Shown piece after piece: positions 19,332-24,000 of a stretch of 24,000 nucleotides of DNA (within the stretch, counting starts at the first letter, position 1; every line of letters starts with the position of its first letter). The stretch comes from Kosakonia calanthes. GTDB lineage: Bacteria > Pseudomonadota > Gammaproteobacteria > Enterobacterales > Enterobacteriaceae. Both the position numbers and the translations under genes were made by a program. The notes under the pieces were generated by a model. That model worked only from the letters and a program-made list of their open reading frames with translations, was not told the DNA's origin and searched no databases. The DNA lies in contig NZ_CP151800.1 in the NCBI RefSeq assembly GCF_038449125.1, positions 10,406 through 34,405 of the forward strand, given 5' to 3'.

Positions 19332-19421
19332 TTACCGCAGGTATTTCAGGACAGCTTCAAGCAGTTGCAACAAGGCAACAATGAGTTTCAGGATCAGGAT
19401 GACCAGTTCCATTTCGCCCAT
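19332..19421 (-). CDS. tisB: Type I toxin TisB (29-aa membrane peptide, SOS-induced)
   Basis: This gene is not in the ORF track. The minus-strand ATG at 19421 has GGAG (19428-19431) 6 nt upstream. The translation is MGEMELVILILKLIVALLQLLEAVLKYLR. Remembered E. coli TisB is MNLVDIAILILKLIVAALQLLDAVLKYLK. An in-frame ATG at 19427 abuts the SD and is less likely. Confidence 0.88.
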   Translation of the reverse strand: MGEMELVILILKLIVALLQLLEAVLKYLR

Positions 19422-19485
19422 ACGCATCTCCCGTGGTAAGGAGCACCGGCTGACGTACCTTTCCGCTGCCTGTTGCCAGCCTTGT

Positions 19486-19508
19486 TGTTGGCGTAACGCA
19501 GTGTGCTC
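19486..19508 (-). promoter_or_regulatory. IstR-1 pairing site in the tisAB mRNA leader
   Basis: The plus-strand sequence TGTTGGCGTAACGCAGTGTGCTC is repeated at 19724-19746 with one mismatch. An RNA made from the plus strand of the second copy is therefore complementary to the minus-strand tisAB leader here, 66-87 nt upstream of the tisB start. Confidence 0.75.
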
Positions 19509-19610
19509 TCGAGGGGTTAAGGCGCTGACGGCACCACCCGTTTCAGCCAGGACTTATTGCGCCGTAGAACGCGGCCCCTCACACAGATGCGCGAAGTCAG
19601 TATATGTTAA

Positions 19611-19630
19611 TACTGTTTATATATACAGTA
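19611..19630. promoter_or_regulatory. LexA (SOS) box between divergent tisAB and istR
   Basis: TACTGTTTATATATACAGTA is a full match to TACTGT-N8-ACAGTA (CTGT 19613-19616, ACAG 19625-19628). Confidence 0.9.
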
Positions 19631-19689
19631 ATTATTGGCGGTTTTTGCGACCTTGTACCATACTCAATGCGGGAAAATACGCTTGAAAA

Positions 19690-19718
19690 TTGCGCAATCA
19701 GAGGATTCAACGTATAGT
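19690..19718 (+). promoter_or_regulatory. Putative sigma70 promoter of istR-1
   Basis: TTGCGC (19690-19695), a 17-nt spacer, then TATAGT (19713-19718). This places +1 near 19725, at the start of the complementarity block. Confidence 0.55.
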
Positions 19719-19724
19719 TTCGCT

Positions 19725-19802
19725 GTTGACGTAACGCAGTGTGCTCACGGCCACCAACCGCGAAAGCCTGTGAAAAAAACCTCGCTTCAGTGCCCGCCAC
19801 TG
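19725..19802 (+). ncRNA. istR: IstR-1 antitoxin sRNA (3' end uncertain)
   Basis: The 5' 22 nt are trans-complementary to the tisAB leader and the locus is syntenic next to emrD. No canonical terminator is present. An A7 tract plus CCTCGC (19773-19785) lacks a complementary partner, so the RNA may instead end at the hairpin 19813-19848. Confidence 0.6.
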
Positions 19803-19812
19803 GACGACTTAA

Positions 19813-19848
19813 ATTAGCGGAGAATGTCAGAACATATTCTCCGCTAAT
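19813..19848. repeat. Perfect 13-bp inverted repeat / hairpin at the core-island transition
   Basis: ATTAGCGGAGAAT (19813-19825) and ATTCTCCGCTAAT (19836-19848) are separated by 10 nt. A related third copy, ATTCCGCTAAT, lies at 19877-19887. Confidence 0.7.
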
Positions 19849-20028
19849 ATTGAGATGCTAAATCTAATCCAATTTAATTCCGCTAATCTGTAAATATATT
19901 TCTGCTGTTTCGCAAACAGGACAAATTAATTTCTCAATAATTAGCTTCTTTTTTAGTTGAGTCGGTAATGCAACGCTTTGCTTACTTGAGTATTATTTTC
20001 GCCCTGTCATCATCATGTGATTTATTTT

Positions 20029-20429
20029 ATGGGCCTGAAATTTCAACCTAAAGTTGGTTCCATTGTTATTTGTGACTTTCGCGGTATGGTTGTGCCCGAA
20101 ATCGTTAAAAAAGGCCTGTCATTGTTGTTGCCAGGAGTCGCTGTAACAGCCAGCTTGTGACTGTGGTACCAATCAGTACAACCGCGCCAGATCCCGCCAA
20201 AGACTACCATCACGCGTTACGCCAAAACCCGATTCCGGGAAATGAGCATATTCCTTGCTGGGCAAAGTGCGACATGATTAATGTCGTTTCGCTCGAACGC
20301 CTCGACAGAATTAAAAATGCAGGATGGGGGCGAGATAATTATATTGTCCCGACAATTGAGCGAGACGAGCTTGAAATGATTAAGCATGGAATATTGCATG
20401 GGCTGGGTATGTCGTATCTAGTTTTATAA
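20029..20429 (+). pseudogene. PemK/MazF-like (YifN-like) toxin-fold gene split by a frameshift in an A6 tract
   Basis: ATG 20029 encodes MGLKFQPKVGSIVICDFRGMVVPEIVKK. The frame then changes at AAAAAA (20107-20112). The -1 frame continues as RPVIVVARSRCNSQLVTVVPISTTAPD...WAKCDMINVVSLERLDR... to stop 20429. One extra A would give a continuous 133-aa protein. Confidence 0.6.
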
Positions 20430-20483
20430 GTTATTCTTTAAATTATTACGGCTGCCTGTAATTATGAATGTACAGTGTTTTAC

Positions 20484-20511
20484 TTGACATAAAACTCTCA
20501 CCAGCTAATAT
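20484..20511 (+). promoter_or_regulatory. Strong sigma70-like promoter in intergenic island DNA
   Basis: TTGACA (20484-20489), a 16-nt spacer, then TAATAT (20506-20511). Confidence 0.5.
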
Positions 20512-20517
20512 TGCCGC

Positions 20518-20636
20518 TGTTCCCTTATGGGACTTGTAAGACTTCCAGAATACCGGAAGCCAGGCGCGACAAGATGGCGATGACAAGCCTGTCGCCCCCT
20601 GTGAAAAGGCACCTTTTTAGGTGCCTTTGTCTTTTC
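20518..20636 (+). ncRNA. Candidate sRNA of about 115 nt (promoter-to-terminator unit)
   Basis: It is bounded by the promoter above and the terminator at 20605-20636. Internal hairpins include CTTCCAG..CCGGAAG and GGCGA..TCGCC. There is no SD-preceded ORF that stops before the terminator. Confidence 0.35.
20605..20636. terminator. Bidirectional rho-independent terminator
   Basis: AAAGGCACC (20605-20613) pairs with GGTGCCTTT (20620-20628). The plus strand continues GTCTTTTCT and the minus strand continues TTTTCAC. It lies 6 nt after the stop of the minus-strand operon (20642). Confidence 0.8.
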
Positions 20637-20641
20637 TGCGT

Positions 20642-20905
20642 TTACAGCTTTTCGCAAATCGCCAGATTGATGCGCACGAATTCATCCCAGGGGATGATCG
20701 CGGCGAGGTTTTGCCGGTAATACTCTTCAACACGGCACACCAGCGGGCGCTGTTCGTAGATGCGGCACAAATGGCTGTCGTCATCGAAATGGCGGCATGC
20801 CCCGTCGCCGCGATCGAGAAACGCGGTTTCGGGGCTGGCGTTCACCCTGCGACAACATTTGCCGCAGGCGGTGCAAGGGAACGGCGTGAGTGGCGCATCA
20901 GGCAT
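20642..20905 (-). CDS. YkgJ/UPF0153-type cysteine-cluster (CxxCxxCC) protein
   Basis: 87 aa: MPDAPLTPFPCTACGKCCRRV...GDGACRHFDDDSHLCRIYEQRPLVCR. The start overlaps the stop of the upstream GTPase gene by 8 nt. Confidence 0.8.
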   Translation of the reverse strand: MPDAPLTPFPCTACGKCCRRVNASPETAFLDRGDGACRHFDDDSHLCRIYEQRPLVCRVEEYYRQNLAAIIPWDEFVRINLAICEKL

Positions 20906-22544
20906 CGGTGAGCCGGTCGGAAAGCCGCTGCGCCTGCGTCAGCGCGTCGCGGTTGGCCTGCATTTCGCTGTTTGCCACATCCAGCGTTGCCGTGACTTTC
21001 TGCGTCATTTCCGTAAACCACGGCGTGAGGATGTCGCGCACTTCGTCCGCCATCGCTTTCTCAAATTTAGCGGCAATATCGCGGGAAATGTCCTCGACTT
21101 CCTGCATAAAACGCTCGCGTTCGCGGGCATAGTGTTCAGACTGCTCGCGCAAGCGTTTTTCTTGCGGATCTTCAGCCACCATATCCCAAAGCGTGCTGAT
21201 CACCGTCACGGCAGTGCCGACGTAAGGGATCCATTTCCCGACCACCAACGTACCCCATTTTTCCATGGTTTTTGGGCCGATGCCTTTCATCACCGACGGC
21301 AGCCACTCTTTCACCAGCTTCAGCCCGGCCACCACATGCTCGGGTTTGGCGACGCTGCCCACCGTGCCAACGGCGCTTTTCACCGCATCGGCATTCACTT
21401 TATCCAGCAGACCTTTGTTGGCTGGCATTGTCTCATCGGTTCCCGGCTGGATGCCCTGTACTTGCACATTATTGTGATGGGGCGCGCCCGCCAGCGCAGT
21501 TTCCAGCGCCTGCACATCCTGCGCGAATTGGCTGCTCAGAAACGCGGTTTCGTCTGTCAGCACCCGGTTCACATTGTCGACCGCTTCATGGTAAATCGCG
21601 CCAATGGTTTGCTGGCAATGCTGCGGATCCTGCTGGAGCGCGGTTTTGCTGCGCGTTTGCAGTATCAAACGGTTACGCGCAATCTCTTTGTTCACTTCAC
21701 GCTGGCAGGCGGCCTGTGCGGCAAGGAGATTTTTCAGCAGCGTGTTGTACTGGCGCACCGCGTCGTCACCGCTGTTTTGCATCAACGAGGCGAGCAACGT
21801 GTCGAGGAAATCGTGCAGCGAGTGCGCAAGTTGCTTGCTGATGTCGTCCGGCGTAATGCTGTCGATAAAGCCGGTCAACGCCGTTTCGAACGCCGGGTAG
21901 CCGCTGTATTCAATAAGGCCTGGCTTTTGGCGCAGCTTGCCATCCAGCGCGCGTTGCGCGTTGACACGCCAAATGGGAATGTCGGCTAAAACCGCGTCCA
22001 TTCCTTTCGCAGCGGCAAGCTCTTGCAGGCGCATCCGCGTGCTGTTCTTCAGCCGGGTAAACAGCTCAACGGAAAAGTCCTCTTTTTCATTGAACACCAG
22101 AAACAGCTTTTTGCCCTGCGCCAGCAGGTCAATCATCACCTGCAACGTTTTCATCTCTTCCGCCGCGCCGGAAGGGTTTACAACGAAAACAATGGCATCC
22201 ACGTTGAGCATCTGCTGTTGTGTCACTTTTTCGTGATCCAGCGGCGCATCCACGCCGGGCGTATCCAGAATGGCATACTGCCCCCAGCGGTATTCGTCCA
22301 CGCGATCGGTCAGCGGAAAATCGCCCGTCGGTGCCGTTTCCGCGCCCAGCAGGGCGTTAATCAGCGTGCTTTTACCGGCGTTATACACGCCGTAAACCAT
22401 AATGCTCGCATCGGGTTTACGCATTTTCTCTGCAAACCTGGCCGCTACCGGGCGAAACGCGGGTTCCAGCGCGGGATAGTGGCGCACAAAGGCTTCAGTG
22501 TCGTGATAAATGCGATAAAGATCGTTTAAGGAAAGCGTCATCAC
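20898..22544 (-). CDS. Bacterial dynamin-like GTPase (LeoA/BDLP-like), 548 aa
   Basis: Motifs are G1 GVYNAGKST (nt 22365-22391), G3 DTPG and G4-like FNEKED. There is a long predicted helical stalk and a C-terminal hydrophobic segment WGTLVVGKWIPYVGTAVTVISTLW. It has an ATGA overlap with the upstream gene. Confidence 0.8.
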   Translation of the reverse strand: MMTLSLNDLYRIYHDTEAFVRHYPALEPAFRPVAARFAEKMRKPDASIMVYGVYNAGKSTLINALLGAETAPTGDFPLTDRVDEYRWGQYAILDTPGVDAPLDHEKVTQQQMLNVDAIVFVVNPSGAAEEMKTLQVMIDLLAQGKKLFLVFNEKEDFSVELFTRLKNSTRMRLQELAAAKGMDAVLADIPIWRVNAQRALDGKLRQKPGLIEYSGYPAFETALTGFIDSITPDDISKQLAHSLHDFLDTLLASLMQNSGDDAVRQYNTLLKNLLAAQAACQREVNKEIARNRLILQTRSKTALQQDPQHCQQTIGAIYHEAVDNVNRVLTDETAFLSSQFAQDVQALETALAGAPHHNNVQVQGIQPGTDETMPANKGLLDKVNADAVKSAVGTVGSVAKPEHVVAGLKLVKEWLPSVMKGIGPKTMEKWGTLVVGKWIPYVGTAVTVISTLWDMVAEDPQEKRLREQSEHYARERERFMQEVEDISRDIAAKFEKAMADEVRDILTPWFTEMTQKVTATLDVANSEMQANRDALTQAQRLSDRLTDA

Positions 22545-24000
22545 TGGTTTTCCTGGTGCAGAATCCGCTGGGTTTCCAGCAAAAGATGTTCAATAGCGAG
22601 GCTCATCGTCGCGACTTCACGTTTAAGCGCGTCGGTCAGCGCCTCGCTCTCGGTTAACAACTGCGTGGTAAGTTGGTCGGCAAGCGCGCGAATGGCGCTG
22701 GCGACAGACGCGCAATAGCGCTCAATGGCCTGCGCCTGGATTGCGCTCAGGTTGTCGCCCACCGTCAATTCAATGGTGCGCGTCCCCATTCTGGGGCCGG
22801 TGCTGAGCGCACCGCCCGCACCGCCGCCAATCGTCATCCCTACCGCCGCGCCCGCCGGGCCGCCTAACGCAAAACCGAGGGCTGCGCCGGCAAGTGCCCC
22901 CAGCCCGCTGTTGCGTTTGCGGTTGCCTTTTACGACTTCACCGGGGATCTCTTCGGTGATTTTCTCTAAAGAGAAGTTCGGCAGCGTCAGCGTCGAGGCC
23001 TGCCAGCTATCGCTCATCGCGGTTTTAAACTCGCGCGTAATGTCGCGAAACAGCTCGGCGATGGCCTCCACCACCACCTCTTGATGCACCGTGTCCCACC
23101 GTGTGCGCGCCTGGCGAAGTTGGCTGTTGATGGCGGATTCGTCATCCCGCAGCGCCAGCAGCGCATCAAACGTGTCGTCGACACTCGCCCGCATGCGCGA
23201 TTGTGCGTGACGAACTTGCCGGATAATGGTCTGCGCCAATGTACGCTGCAACTTTTTAAACGTCTCACCAAACAGGGCAATTTGCTGGTGATACGGCGCC
23301 AGATCGTCGATGCAAACAGTCAGGAATTTATGGAAATTATTCAGCGGCACATGGCGTTTGATGCGCACTCCCTCGGCGTGCGACAGCGTGTGCAGAGTGG
23401 CAAACAACTGCGCCATGCCGCTCTCTGCCATGTGCTGTTCGTCGTCGAAGAAACGCTGAGCAACCTGCGCCGAAATTGAAATAATTTCGACGTTTTCGCG
23501 CGCAATGCCGTCCGCATTAAGCTCTTTCGCGACATAGTCCCTTTGCGCCAGCCGGGTAGGCGCAGGCTTCATCATTTTGCCTTTGATTACCATCCGGTCG
23601 TTTTCGTCGTCCCAGTCCTCGTCAGGCGTGTCGCTGCCGGTGATTAACAGTAGCGTCTGCTTTTTCTGATCGAGTAGCTGGCGAATCTCCTGCAAATCGC
23701 TGGCGCGTCCGGGCGCACTGGAACTCATGGTGTAGAGGATCAGATCGGCATGCTGGACGTATTCCTGCGCCAATTCGCCGTTGCACTGTTTCACCGAATG
23801 CAGGCCGGGAGAGTCCACCCACGTCAGGCCGGGCAGACGAAAGCCCTGAATCGAGCTGGTGGCTTCGGTGCCATCAACGCGAAATTGCTGGTTTTGCTCC
23901 GCTTCGCGCGGCGCGTCGCCATTTTCCGCCTCGGTGTTTTCATGGGAAAACCAGGCCGGATGTTGGTTGGCAGGCAGGCTATCTTTGGTTTGTTGCGTCG
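22541..24000 (-). CDS. Bacterial dynamin-like GTPase, 5' end beyond the window
   Basis: The frame stays open to nt 24000; the track start at 23818 is only an internal GTG. Visible features are G3 VDSPG, LLITGSD, a long helical region, and a glycine-zipper hydrophobic segment NSGLGALAGAALGFALGGPAGAAVGMTIGGGAGG (nt 22793-22912). The P-loop is not in the window. Confidence 0.75.
   Translation of the reverse strand, partial: TQQTKDSLPANQHPAWFSHENTEAENGDAPREAEQNQQFRVDGTEATSSIQGFRLPGLTWVDSPGLHSVKQCNGELAQEYVQHADLILYTMSSSAPGRASDLQEIRQLLDQKKQTLLLITGSDTPDEDWDDENDRMVIKGKMMKPAPTRLAQRDYVAKELNADGIARENVEIISISAQVAQRFFDDEQHMAESGMAQLFATLHTLSHAEGVRIKRHVPLNNFHKFLTVCIDDLAPYHQQIALFGETFKKLQRTLAQTIIRQVRHAQSRMRASVDDTFDALLALRDDESAINSQLRQARTRWDTVHQEVVVEAIAELFRDITREFKTAMSDSWQASTLTLPNFSLEKITEEIPGEVVKGNRKRNSGLGALAGAALGFALGGPAGAAVGMTIGGGAGGALSTGPRMGTRTIELTVGDNLSAIQAQAIERYCASVASAIRALADQLTTQLLTESEALTDALKREVATMSLAIEHLLLETQRILHQENQ

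Noticed and set aside
19321-19817. Track ORFs of 121, 67 and 60 aa across the tisB/istR locus.
   Set aside because: They have no SD and run through the LexA box, the tisB terminator region and the IstR block. The locus is fully explained by the 29-aa tisB gene and the sRNA.
19968-20051. A 27-codon hydrophobic ORF (MQRFAYLSIIFALSSSCDLFYGPEIST) overlapping the PemK-like start. It could be a small membrane peptide or lipoprotein-like leader.
   Set aside because: It has no convincing SD, is very short, and lies in AT-rich DNA where such ORFs arise by chance. It is kept only as a note for ribosome-profiling data.
20456-20475. A possible LexA box, CTGTAATTATGAATGTACAG. A second candidate, CTGTTTCGCAAACAG, lies at 19905-19919.
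   Set aside because: The spacing between CTGT and ACAG is 12 nt in the first and 7 nt in the second, not the required 8. These are probably chance palindromes in AT-rich DNA.
20511-20720. A 69-aa ORF (TTG start) in the island intergenic region.
   Set aside because: It reads through a strong bidirectional terminator and into the antisense of the YkgJ-like gene, and it has no SD. The interval is better explained as noncoding (sRNA candidate).
20760-21989. A 409-aa plus-strand ORF, with several 60-190-aa ORFs around it, overlapping the dynamin-like gene.
   Set aside because: It lies entirely antisense to a gene with clear GTPase motifs. Its translation is an Arg/His/Phe-rich low-complexity string with no motifs. 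Long stop-free antisense frames are expected in GC-rich coding DNA.
1-24000. A scan for CRISPR arrays, tRNA or rRNA genes, IS elements, transposases and integrases.
   Set aside because: No regularly spaced direct repeats, cloverleaf-compatible sequences, or transposase or integrase-like ORFs were seen. The only repeats found are the REP pair and the short motifs reported above.

Overview
This is an Enterobacteriaceae chromosomal window. Gene order and protein sequences follow the E. coli K-12 region dgoT-yidR-yidQ-ibpA-ibpB-yidE-yidL-yidK-yidJ-yidH-yidG-yidF-emrD-tisB/istR, but diverged and rearranged. cbrA, yidP, glvCBG and yidI are not present. That comparison is from memory of K-12, and the genus cannot be called by eye.

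Core content:
- the galactonate transporter dgoT
- the ibpAB heat-shock operon, with a sigma32 promoter and two ROSE-like SD-masking hairpins
- the transporter yidE
- an intact Cys-type sulfatase cluster: AraC regulator, SSS symporter, sulfatase, two DUF202 membrane proteins and a full-length radical-SAM maturase
- emrD
- the LexA-controlled type I toxin-antitoxin tisB/istR-1, which is absent from the ORF track

Accessory or decayed content:
- a lone, AT-rich ABC-fold ATPase plus an OFA-type MFS transporter, inserted between ibpB and yidE and bounded by REP elements
- a dsdA remnant with an internal out-of-frame deletion
- a secreted GH5-like hydrolase whose 3' end runs 98 nt antisense into emrD
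- an EamA transporter
- an AT-rich-bordered island from about 19.8 kb to the window edge

The island appears to begin inside the istR terminator. It carries a PemK/MazF-like gene split by an A6 frameshift, a candidate promoter-to-terminator sRNA of about 115 nt, and a translationally coupled three-gene operon. That operon encodes two dynamin-like GTPases plus a YkgJ-type CxxCxxCC protein, and it is the best candidate for an undescribed system. No rRNA, tRNA, CRISPR array, transposase or integrase is visible.
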